Assembly (NCBI GenBank): GCA_038886995.1
Contig: JAWALG010000031.1
Coordinates: 1-10,584 of the forward strand
Source of the DNA: Candidatus Iainarchaeum sp.
GTDB lineage: Archaea > Iainarchaeota > Iainarchaeia > Iainarchaeales > DTGL01
Direction: 5' to 3'
Length of the DNA: 10,584 nucleotides
Shown here: one piece after another, positions 1 through 7,006 of the stretch
Numbering within the stretch: position 1 is the first letter of the stretch
Layout: the number at the start of each line of letters is the position of its first letter
Made by a program: the position numbers and the translations under genes
Notes under the pieces: generated by a model
Databases searched by the model: none
Seen by the model: the letters and a program-made list of their open reading frames with translations, nothing else
Told to the model about the DNA's origin: nothing

Positions 1-899
1 TGCTTTCTATTGGCATATGCGCTCACAATGAAGAAGAGAGCATAGTGAAAACTCTTGAGCACATTTTCAGGCAGACGCTTTGGAAAGAAACCCCGCCGCA
101 AATGAGAGAGATAATAATATGTGCAAATGGCTGCACTGATAATACTGCATCTATTGTGCGACAACTCTCAAAAGAACATCCTGAAATTAAGCTAATAGAG
201 ATAAAAGAAAAAAGCAAGGCATTGGCATGGAAAAAAATAGTGCATAGCTCAAGCCCACATGCTTCTGAGATCTTTTTCGTTGATGCTGATGTCATAGTTC
301 ACCATAGGGCATTGGAAAGAATAAGGGATGCTTTCAGAAAAAGGCCTCAGCTGATGCTTGTTGGCGGCTTTGCAATACCTTTTGGAGCAAATGAAGCTAA
401 AGACCCGCGCATGAGGGAAATTAATGCAGCATATAGGAAAAGAACACTTCAAAATAAGCCAGGGCACCTCTCAGGAGCACTTTATGGAATAAACAGAAGC
501 CATGCATTGGAAATCGCAAAGAAGATGCCAAATAACATACTTGTAGAGGATGCATACATACAAGCAGTAACCCCAAAAGAACGCTATGCAAAAGTTTTCA
601 GTGCAAAGGTCTACTTTAAGCCACCGCTAACTATGCACGACTACGAAATGCAGCTAAGGCGGTTTGAAGCTGGGCGAAAGCAGCTTATTGAGCTTGGGCT
701 AGCAAAGAAAAAGTCACTGGCGGCAGAACTAATGGCAAAGATAAAAAGAAGCCGTGGATTGCCACTCAGAACTAGGGTAGCCACTGGTTATAGGTGGCTA
801 AAAACTAAAGCATCTGCAAGGATTCAACGTGAGGACTTTTGGCCAAAAAATGTAAGCTCAAAGTTACACCGGTTTAGGCACAAGCAAACTAAAGCCTAA
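1..899 (+). CDS. Family 2 glycosyltransferase (GT-A fold), 5'-partial
   Basis: The frame is open from base 3 (LSIGICAHNEEESIVKTLEHI), the typical GT2 N-terminal strand plus NEE motif, so the start lies at or before the window edge and not at GTG 45. Also present: IIICANGCTDNT, the DxD motif in FFVDADV, and LVED. Very basic C-terminus. Overlaps the convergent HD gene by 11 bp. Confidence 0.88.
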   Translation, partial: LSIGICAHNEEESIVKTLEHIFRQTLWKETPPQMREIIICANGCTDNTASIVRQLSKEHPEIKLIEIKEKSKALAWKKIVHSSSPHASEIFFVDADVIVHHRALERIRDAFRKRPQLMLVGGFAIPFGANEAKDPRMREINAAYRKRTLQNKPGHLSGALYGINRSHALEIAKKMPNNILVEDAYIQAVTPKERYAKVFSAKVYFKPPLTMHDYEMQLRRFEAGRKQLIELGLAKKKSLAAELMAKIKRSRGLPLRTRVATGYRWLKTKASARIQREDFWPKNVSSKLHRFRHKQTKA

Positions 900-1659
900 A
901 TTCTCTCACGATTTTTTCTTCTTCGCCTTCAATCCTTGCAATTATCTCAACATATTCCTCAAGGCCTGAGTTATTTAACTTTGCTTTAATTAGCTCATCG
1001 ACCTGGAATATTCCTGCGGAATTCTTCATTACAACCTCAATTGAAACAGGCACATTCTTGCCCTTGCTTATCTTTATGTCTTTTATCGCCATTGCGCTTA
1101 CCGAGTGGATTGAAACACGACCCTTCTCGAAAGGAATCCTCGCACGGCCTTCTTTTGCGTCTAATGCATCAGCCAACCTTACGCACCCAGCTTCAAGTGT
1201 TAAAGGTGTGTAATCGACATGGTGGCATATTATTGCGTGCAACACTTCGCCCTTTACTATAACTGCTTCTTTTGTGTCGTAAGCAGCCGGCAGAAGCTTG
1301 TCTAGAATCCCTGATGCAAGCACTATGCTAAACTCAGCGTGCTTCTCCCTATGGACAGCATGCCCTACATCATGCAGAAGACCAGCCAAAACAACAACAA
1401 CTTCTGCATCATGCTTTGTCATCTTGTGGTCTTTTACCATTGCTGGCTCAAGACCTGAATCCATTAATATTCGCAAAAGTCGCAGTGCAACATTTGACAC
1501 AATAGCAGCATGCACCTTTCCATGGTCATTTATGTTCATGCGGTTAACTGCAATCATGTTTGCAGAATCCCAGTATTGCTCAATCTCTTGGCTTTTCTTT
1601 AAATTTTCTATTATTTTGATCAACTTCTTGTTGTCTTCCATTGGTAAATTCAAAACCAA
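889..1659 (-). CDS. HD-superfamily metal-dependent phosphohydrolase (COG3294-like)
   Basis: Motifs NDHGKVH, LLHDVGH, HH, LADALD, GRARIPF and IHSVSA. Start placed at TTG 1659 because SD GGTGA (1669-1665) lies 5 nt upstream; GTG 1668 and ATG 1641 are alternatives. Confidence 0.85.
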   Translation of the reverse strand: MVLNLPMEDNKKLIKIIENLKKSQEIEQYWDSANMIAVNRMNINDHGKVHAAIVSNVALRLLRILMDSGLEPAMVKDHKMTKHDAEVVVVLAGLLHDVGHAVHREKHAEFSIVLASGILDKLLPAAYDTKEAVIVKGEVLHAIICHHVDYTPLTLEAGCVRLADALDAKEGRARIPFEKGRVSIHSVSAMAIKDIKISKGKNVPVSIEVVMKNSAGIFQVDELIKAKLNNSGLEEYVEIIARIEGEEEKIVREFRL

Positions 1660-1668
1660 ACTAATCAC

Positions 1669-1866
1669 CTTCTTTTTAATTTATTTTAATTGATATAGTT
1701 AAAAACATAACAGCAACCAAAAGAATTAGCAAACAATTTTATATTACTAACCTATTTTTTGCAACGATCTTAATATAAATGGTCATGTTATAAAACTTTA
1801 AAAATGTAAAAATAACTATTTTTAAAGGATATTCTGCATTAATTTATTGCGCAAAAAAAGCTTTTT
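1669..1866. promoter_or_regulatory. AT-rich divergent promoter region for the HD gene (-) and tRNA-Ile (+)
   Basis: About 200 bp of non-coding, very AT-rich DNA. TATA-like TTTTTAAA at 1819-1826 and AAAACTTTAAAA near 1792-1803 on (+). The boxes actually used cannot be resolved from sequence. Confidence 0.5.
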
Positions 1867-1941
1867 GGGCATGTAGCTTAGCTTGGCTGGAGCACCCGGC
1901 TGATAACCGGGAGGTCGGCAGTTCAAATCTGCCCATGCCCA
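1867..1941 (+). tRNA. tRNA-Ile(GAT), intronless, CCA not encoded
   Basis: Full cloverleaf: acceptor GGGCATG/CATGCCC, D-stem GCTT/GAGC, anticodon stem CCCGG/CCGGG with loop CT-GAT-AA (GAT at 1902-1904), T-arm GGCAG-TTCAAAT-CTGCC, discriminator A1941 followed by TTA. Confidence 0.97.
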
Positions 1942-1946
1942 TTAAA

Positions 1947-3242
1947 TTAAGGATAAAACCTGTTTAATGTCCTGGGGAAAGGCACGACATCCCTTATGTG
2001 CTGTGCTTTTGTAACCCATGCAGTAAACCTATCAAGGCCTAAACCAAAGCCAGCATGCGGAACTGAACCATAACGCCTCAAATCAACATACCAGGCGTAT
2101 TGCTCTGGATTAAGGCCTTCTTCCTTCATCCTCTGCAGCATTTCCTTAAGCTCCCAAATGCGTTCGCCAGAGCCAATTATTTCACCATAGCCCTCTGGAG
2201 CAAGCACATCGCAGCAAAGAACATGCTTATCATCTTCCGGATCTAGGCGGTGGTAAAATGGCTTAAGCTCTCTAGGATAATGTGTCACGAGAAGCGGCAC
2301 TTTCCGGTCCTTTGTAATTTCCCTCTCCTCTTTTTCGCCGAAGTCGGTAGCTCCTTTGAGGTGTGGAAACCTTTTTTGCACTATTTTAAGAACTTCTTCA
2401 TAACGCATTCTGTCATATTTCTTATAAGCGCTTGGCTCAAGTGTCTTTGGGTCTCTGCCTAGTGCCTTAAGTTCCTTTTCATTCTCTTCAAGTACAGCAC
2501 TAACCATATAGCGAACCATGTTCTCCTCTATATCTAAAAGCTCTTTAAGGCCTATCCAAGGGAATTCTCCCTCAGCATGCCAAAACTCAGTGAGATGCCT
2601 GGTTGTTTTGCTCTTTTCTGCACGGAAGCTAGGCGCTATTGTATAAACATTTCCTAAGGAATACATAACAGCTTCTAGGTAAAACTGCGAGCTTTGTGTA
2701 AGGTATATCTTCTTTCCAAAATAGGGCACTTCAAATAACGTCGAGCCGCCTTCAACCATTCCTGAAACAAACATTGCGCCTTGCGTTTCATAAGCGTTTA
2801 ATTCTTTTCTCATAAACTCCCTAAAAGCCCTAAAAACAGTGTCTCTCACCTTTAATGCATCTCTCATCTTTGCACTCCTCAACCAGAGATGCCTAACATC
2901 AAGGAGGAACTCTGTTGAAAAATCTTTGTGTATGGGAAATTTCTCAGCAAGCCCAATTATCTTAAAATCATCAATTGACAGTTCAACTCCATGCGGTGCC
3001 CTTTCGTCCCTGCGCAATTCACCAGAAAGCTCAACACTTGACTCTATCGTTGCTTTGGAGCATTCCTTCCAAAGTTCTTTGCTTACTTTTTCTGAGTCCA
3101 CAACGCATTGCAACTCTGATGATTCATCACGCAACAGGAAGAATATTTTTCCTTTATGCTCGCGCATCCTCTTTACCCAGCCACGAATCCTTGCCTTTTG
3201 TGGAACTTTCTCGATGGCCTCAGAAATCTTGATAAACTCCAT
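1947..3242 (-). CDS. asnS: Asparagine--tRNA ligase (class IIb), 431 aa
   Basis: N-terminal OB fold (IRGWV..R...K.FF.LRD), RHLWLRS, YLTQSSQFYLE, motif 2 FRAEKSKTTRHLTEFW, GYGEIIGSGER, motif 3 YGSVPHAGFGLGLDR. Start is ATG 3242 (MEFIKIS) with SD GGGGT 6 nt upstream; the 56 extra codons in the ORF track are not synthetase-like. Confidence 0.96.
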   Translation of the reverse strand: MEFIKISEAIEKVPQKARIRGWVKRMREHKGKIFFLLRDESSELQCVVDSEKVSKELWKECSKATIESSVELSGELRRDERAPHGVELSIDDFKIIGLAEKFPIHKDFSTEFLLDVRHLWLRSAKMRDALKVRDTVFRAFREFMRKELNAYETQGAMFVSGMVEGGSTLFEVPYFGKKIYLTQSSQFYLEAVMYSLGNVYTIAPSFRAEKSKTTRHLTEFWHAEGEFPWIGLKELLDIEENMVRYMVSAVLEENEKELKALGRDPKTLEPSAYKKYDRMRYEEVLKIVQKRFPHLKGATDFGEKEEREITKDRKVPLLVTHYPRELKPFYHRLDPEDDKHVLCCDVLAPEGYGEIIGSGERIWELKEMLQRMKEEGLNPEQYAWYVDLRRYGSVPHAGFGLGLDRFTAWVTKAQHIRDVVPFPRTLNRFYP

Positions 3243-3248
3243 AAAAAT

Positions 3249-3300
3249 ACCCCTTATAATACACTCAATGTGGTTTAATAATAAAAATGTTAACTTTTTG
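3249..3300 (-). promoter_or_regulatory. asnS promoter (BRE/TATA-like) and SD
   Basis: The (-) strand reads CAAAAAGTTAACATTTTTATTATTAA, then SD GGGGT (3253-3249). The 12-mer AACATTTTTATT (3291-3280) recurs identically upstream of the beta-CASP gene (8059-8048). Confidence 0.55.
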
Positions 3301-3321
3301 CTTAATCCTGCGTTGTCTTGG

Positions 3322-4305
3322 CTACGGCGAATATATACCAGGAACTTTTGGAAATGCGGCTGCATGCCAAACTGCTTCGAGACCGCAGAGGTATCTTGTG
3401 AACCTTTCAATACCTATGCCAAAGCCAGAAGAAGGCGGAACGCCTTTTTTTAAAATTTCTAAATACCATTTAAAATCTTCAGGGTTCAGAGATGCTTCTC
3501 TCATTTTTTGCATCACTTTTTTAGCATCATGTTCCCTTTCACTTCCAGAAATCGCTTCACCATAGTCCTCGGGGTAAATAAGATCAAAATCAACCAGCGC
3601 ATCACAATTTTGTTTCTCATAGAAGCCCCTTGAGCCCAATGGATAATCTGTTATCCAAAAAAAACCACCAAAGATTTTGGACAAGAGTTTCTCACCATCC
3701 CAAGGAATCTCAGAGCCATATGCAAACTCAAGCCCTTCTGAGGAAAGCACATAAAATGCCTTTGCGTAGGTTATTTTCTTGAAAGGCCTCTTTGGCTTTC
3801 TAAGTTTTTGCCTAAAATAACTCAGCGCATCTTTGCACTCTTTCTTTAACCTTGAGATGCAGTAGCAAAGCATCTCTTCAGCCAGAAAAATTACATCATC
3901 ACGGTTATAGTAAGCGGCTTCGAGATCAAGCTGCGTAAATTCAGCTAGATGCCTTTTTGTTGCAATGCTCTCTAAAGGCTCTAGACGTATGTTTGGTGAG
4001 AAAGAAAATATCTTATCAAAAGCGGTGATTGCAAGCTCCTTATGCAGTATCATGCTTATTGTCACTTTATATGGCCTGCCATAGAAGTCAATAATAGCAG
4101 TACCGGCACCTCTAATACCAGTATCTGTGCAGCTGGAGATTATTGGCGGCCTAAGCTCAACAAAACCCTTTGACCTAAGAAACTTGTTTAGGTAAAAGCA
4201 AGCTTCAGATTGCACTTTTAAAGCCATTTTTGTCTGCTCTTGGCTGAAATAAAGGTGCCTTTTTTCAATCTTTTCAATCTCCTCACTTGAAATGAAAAGA
4301 CCCAT
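3322..4305 (-). CDS. asnA: Archaeal-type asparagine synthetase A (AsnRS/AspRS catalytic-core paralogue lacking the anticodon-binding domain), 327 aa
   Basis: Family signatures PIISSCTD, SMILHK, FSPNIRLE, RHLAEFTQLDLE, YGEAISGSERE, SSGFGIGIERF and FPKVPG; no OB fold. Start ATG 4305 preceded by SD-like GAGTGG. Confidence 0.9.
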   Translation of the reverse strand: MGLFISSEEIEKIEKRHLYFSQEQTKMALKVQSEACFYLNKFLRSKGFVELRPPIISSCTDTGIRGAGTAIIDFYGRPYKVTISMILHKELAITAFDKIFSFSPNIRLEPLESIATKRHLAEFTQLDLEAAYYNRDDVIFLAEEMLCYCISRLKKECKDALSYFRQKLRKPKRPFKKITYAKAFYVLSSEGLEFAYGSEIPWDGEKLLSKIFGGFFWITDYPLGSRGFYEKQNCDALVDFDLIYPEDYGEAISGSEREHDAKKVMQKMREASLNPEDFKWYLEILKKGVPPSSGFGIGIERFTRYLCGLEAVWHAAAFPKVPGIYSP

Positions 4306-4315
4306 AAAGACCACT

Positions 4316-4333
4316 CGCCTTTTAAAAAAGGCG
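4316..4333. promoter_or_regulatory. 18-bp inverted repeat CGCCTTTT-AA-AAAAGGCG between divergent asnA and Lrp genes
   Basis: Perfect 8-bp arms seen directly, AT-rich TATA-like centre, 10 bp upstream of the asnA start. An operator or promoter role is inference. Confidence 0.55.
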
Positions 4334-4380
4334 CATAGCACAGGCCTGCCATTAACAACTGTTTTCACAGGATAAAAAAG
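4331..4380 (+). pseudogene. Out-of-frame remnant of the Lrp/AsnC helix-turn-helix
   Basis: 4331-4366 reads AHSTGLPLTTVF in one frame and continues as HRIKK-MEKEGII in the -1 frame. Joined, this gives the Lrp recognition-helix pattern. The frame of ATG 4381 has a TAG at 4336. Confidence 0.75.
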
Positions 4381-4704
4381 ATGGAAAAAGAAGGCATAAT
4401 AAAAAAATACACTGTTGATGTTGATGCAGAAAAACTAGGGCTTGGGGTTTGTGCATATATCCTTGTCAACATACAACAAAACTCGCCAGATGGTAAAAAA
4501 TATTCACAAAAGGAAATAGCTGCTTACATAAGAAAGATGTTTGCAAATGTTGAAAGCGTTGCAATAGTTACTGGGGACATTGACATGATTATAAAGGCAA
4601 GATTCAAGTCAATAAAGGAGCTTAACTCATTCTTAACTGCAAAGTTGAGAAATGTAGATGGTGTTGCACACACAGTTACATCAGTTGTTCTTGAGGAAGT
4701 TTAG
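4381..4704 (+). CDS. Lrp/AsnC-family regulator, C-terminal ligand-binding (RAM) domain with linker; N-terminal HTH broken
   Basis: MEKEGIIKKYTVDVDAEKLGLGVCAYILV, VTGDIDMIIK, LRNVDGVAHTVTSVVL. Overlaps the convergent IMPase gene by 29 bp. Confidence 0.85.
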   Translation: MEKEGIIKKYTVDVDAEKLGLGVCAYILVNIQQNSPDGKKYSQKEIAAYIRKMFANVESVAIVTGDIDMIIKARFKSIKELNSFLTAKLRNVDGVAHTVTSVVLEEV

Positions 4705-5437
4705 CCATAAACTCCTTTTGGAGTTTTGCATTAGAAGCAAGAAGATACTTATCATTTATATGCCAATGCCTGCCATGCTGGTTAACAACTACGCCGCCTG
4801 ATTGACGCACTATTATAGCACCAGCAGCACCATCCCAAGGGTTTATGTTGTTGTGGAGCATAAAATCTATGCGGCCGCAGGCAATATAGCAAAGCTCAAG
4901 CGCAATAGCGCCAAAGTAACGGTAAGTTGAAAAGAGTTTGCCCTTTGCAAGCTCTTGAACCTTCTTCGCGAGCGTGATGCTCATAGATGCAACTGCGTTA
5001 TCAAGAGAATCCTTCTTAGAGACGTGGATCCACTCGCTGTTTAGGTAAGAGCGCTTTTCTTTTAATGCATAAAAAAGTTCGTCCTTTGTTGGATCATAAA
5101 CAACACCAATCAGCGGCTCATTGTTCTTCACCAAAGCAATGGACGTGCAATAGAAAGGAATGCCCATTGAGTAGTTCCTTGTGCCATCTATTGGATCAAC
5201 AATCCACAAGAAATCCGATTTTGATGGCACCTTGCCCTTTTCTTCACCTATAAAACCAATCTCTGGAAATTCGCAAGAAAGCCTTGCAATTATGGCCTGT
5301 TCTGCCTCAAGGTCAGCATTGGTCACAAGCTCTCCCTTTGAATTCTTTTTAGAGATCTTTAAGTCACAGCTTCTGCGAAGCGCAATCCTTCCGGCTTCTT
5401 TAGCAGCTTTGATTGCAACATTAAGGTATTCTTCCAT
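4676..5437 (-). CDS. suhB: Inositol monophosphatase family protein (IMPase/FBPase-like)
   Basis: LVTNADLEAE, GEE, WIVDPIDGTRNY, GVVYDP, GAIALELCYIACGRID, PWDGAAG. SD GGTGG 4 nt before the ATG. Confidence 0.92.
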   Translation of the reverse strand: MEEYLNVAIKAAKEAGRIALRRSCDLKISKKNSKGELVTNADLEAEQAIIARLSCEFPEIGFIGEEKGKVPSKSDFLWIVDPIDGTRNYSMGIPFYCTSIALVKNNEPLIGVVYDPTKDELFYALKEKRSYLNSEWIHVSKKDSLDNAVASMSITLAKKVQELAKGKLFSTYRYFGAIALELCYIACGRIDFMLHNNINPWDGAAGAIIVRQSGGVVVNQHGRHWHINDKYLLASNAKLQKEFMAKLPQEQLM

Positions 5438-5445
5438 AAAACCAC

Positions 5446-6195
5446 CTAAAACTCTAAAGCAAAAAGGTCATGAGCAACATAAACCTTTCCATTGTAAATT
5501 GACTTTACAATTTTTTTTAGGGGCTCTGACTCAACTGCTGGATAAAAATGTGTGAGCATCAATGCTTTTGCCTCTGCTTCTTTTGCAATTTTTGCGCATT
5601 GCATAGAAGTCATGTGTTGCGCAGAGCCAACTGAATCTGGGAACGAACAATCTGCAACAAGCAGGTCTGTATTCCTACCAAGGGCAACAAGATTTTTAGT
5701 GTAAGCAGTATCACCGGAAAAAGTAACGCTTTTGCCATGCGCCTCTAACCTATAGCCAATGGTGTTTTCATGGGCCATCTGCAATGACTTTACCTTAAAG
5801 CCAGGCACAACTGTTGTGGTATTTTCAAGCTCTTTAGTTATTATCCTGAAATTTGCCTCTTTCAGAATTGGGAAGGCGCTAATTATTTTTTCTATGAAGT
5901 CATTTAGGCCTTTTGGGCCTAAGATGTTTATTTGTGCAGAACTCCTTACATCACCAAATTTTTGCACCACAATCTTATAAGCCAAAAAGGCCGCAAGGTC
6001 TGATGAGTGGTCTGGATGATAGTGTGTTAAAAAAATGCTGCCTATGCTTAAGACATCAGTGGCCTTTTTAAGGTTCAAAAAAGATCCACTGCCTAAGTCA
6101 ACAACTGCCTTTGCTTTTTCAGATTCAACCAAAAAGCCCGAGCATGCCCTTGTGCCTGAGAGGATTGCACCAGAGCCAAGCACTGTTACCTTCAT
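5446..6195 (-). CDS. MBL-fold metallo-hydrolase, RNase Z/ElaC-like (short form)
   Basis: VLGSGA...RACSGFLV, THYHPDH (HxHxDH), MAH, SGDT, HMT, LTHFYP. It has ADCSF where RNase Z has HEAT and no obvious exosite, so rnz is not assigned. ATGA overlap with the upstream gene. Confidence 0.85.
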   Translation of the reverse strand: MKVTVLGSGAILSGTRACSGFLVESEKAKAVVDLGSGSFLNLKKATDVLSIGSIFLTHYHPDHSSDLAAFLAYKIVVQKFGDVRSSAQINILGPKGLNDFIEKIISAFPILKEANFRIITKELENTTTVVPGFKVKSLQMAHENTIGYRLEAHGKSVTFSGDTAYTKNLVALGRNTDLLVADCSFPDSVGSAQHMTSMQCAKIAKEAEAKALMLTHFYPAVESEPLKKIVKSIYNGKVYVAHDLFALEF

Positions 6196-6881
6196 GGTAC
6201 AAAACCAGCCGTATTTTTATTATATGCATAATGTGAACAATTTTTATTAATTGGGCATTCGCTGCATAAAGGCCTTTTTTTGCAGAAATTCTTACCTAAG
6301 GCAACAAGAAGCGCATGAAATTCATTGTAAAGAGCAGCATTTTTTGGAAGGTTTTTCTCAAAGAACTCTTTGAGTTTTTCCCTATTCTTGAACCTTATGC
6401 CAAATACTCTAAATATTATTCGCTCAGTGTATGCATCAACTACAAAAGTTGGCTTTTCTGCAGCGTATAAAATTATTGAGTCCGCAGTTTCAGGGCCTAT
6501 GCCCCTTATAGAAAGAAGCTCTTCGCGCAGCTCTTTGATTTGTTTTTTTAGGAATGAATTTAGGTTGCCTTTATAGTTGCGCATCACATAATGGCAAAAT
6601 GCCTTTAAGGTGGCCGCTTTCTGGTTATAATAACCAGCACTCCTGATAAGATTGGCAAGCTCCCTTTCTCTCATCGAGTTAATTGCTTTAATATTAAGCT
6701 TCCTTTTTGTTTTCAATACACATATTGCCATTTCAACATTTTTCCAAGAAGTGTTTTGGGTGAGTATTGCACCAACGCAGATCTCGAACTTTGTTTTTGC
6801 TGGCCACCAGTGTTGCTCACCAAAAATTTTCATGAGTTTAGAAAAAAATTTTTTTAATTCATGAGAGCTGCATTGCTTCAT
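6192..6881 (-). CDS. Endonuclease III-related HhH-GPD protein with C-terminal 4Fe-4S motif (COG2231-like)
   Basis: WWPAKTKFEICVGAILTQNTSWKNVE, GYYNQKA, HhH LLSIRGIGPETADSI, FVVDAYT, EFHALLV, CKKRPLCSECPINKNC. Glu replaces the lyase Lys of true Nth. Confidence 0.9.
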   Translation of the reverse strand: MKQCSSHELKKFFSKLMKIFGEQHWWPAKTKFEICVGAILTQNTSWKNVEMAICVLKTKRKLNIKAINSMRERELANLIRSAGYYNQKAATLKAFCHYVMRNYKGNLNSFLKKQIKELREELLSIRGIGPETADSIILYAAEKPTFVVDAYTERIIFRVFGIRFKNREKLKEFFEKNLPKNAALYNEFHALLVALGKNFCKKRPLCSECPINKNCSHYAYNKNTAGFVP

Positions 6882-6900
6882 AAGAAAAAGTTCCTTATAG

Positions 6901-6934
6901 AAAAGCTTATTAATAAGTTTTTACTTTTATAAAA
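6901..6934. promoter_or_regulatory. Palindromic, probably bidirectional BRE/TATA promoter
   Basis: AAAAGCTTATT|AATAAGTTTTT (6901-6922, one mismatch; core CTTATTAATAAG perfect) reads as A-rich BRE plus TTATTAA on both strands. A second palindrome TTTTATAAAA lies at 6925-6934. The (-) box is about 28 bp from ATG 6881 (leaderless geometry). Confidence 0.6.
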
Positions 6935-6962
6935 ATATAATATTTTGAAAAGGGGTGGAAAA

Positions 6963-6992
6963 TTGCCAGCAAAGAAGAAGAAGAAGAAATAA
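6963..6992 (+). CDS. Candidate 9-aa lysine-rich micropeptide MPAKKKKKK
   Basis: TTG CCA GCA AAG AAG AAG AAG AAG AAA TAA. SD GGGGTGG (6952-6958) 4 nt upstream, TATA upstream, T-tracts downstream. No expression or homology evidence. Confidence 0.5.
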   Translation: MPAKKKKKK

Positions 6993-7006
6993 AATGATTA
7001 GCAAAA

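Noticed and set aside
1867-1946. tRNA as an integration site
   Set aside because: No duplicated tRNA 3' end, integrase or compositional shift in the window; housekeeping asnS follows immediately.
3243-3413. asnS frame stays open for 57 codons upstream, overlapping the asnA 3' end (possible +1 frameshift AsnA-AsnRS fusion at CCG TAG)
   Set aside because: asnS has its own TATA and SD, the extension is not protein-like, CCG-T offers poor re-pairing, and an open stretch of this length can occur by chance.
3432-3455. Hairpin AAGGCG-GAA-CGCCTT plus T7 antisense within asnA, also nearly complementary to 4320-4333
   Set aside because: Encodes ILKKGVPPS next to motif 3; low complexity and explained by codons. 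No transposase or target duplication supports mobile-element ends.
4306-4368. 21-codon N-terminal extension of asnA in the ORF track
   Set aside because: An SD precedes ATG 4305, and the extension is antisense to the Lrp HTH remnant.
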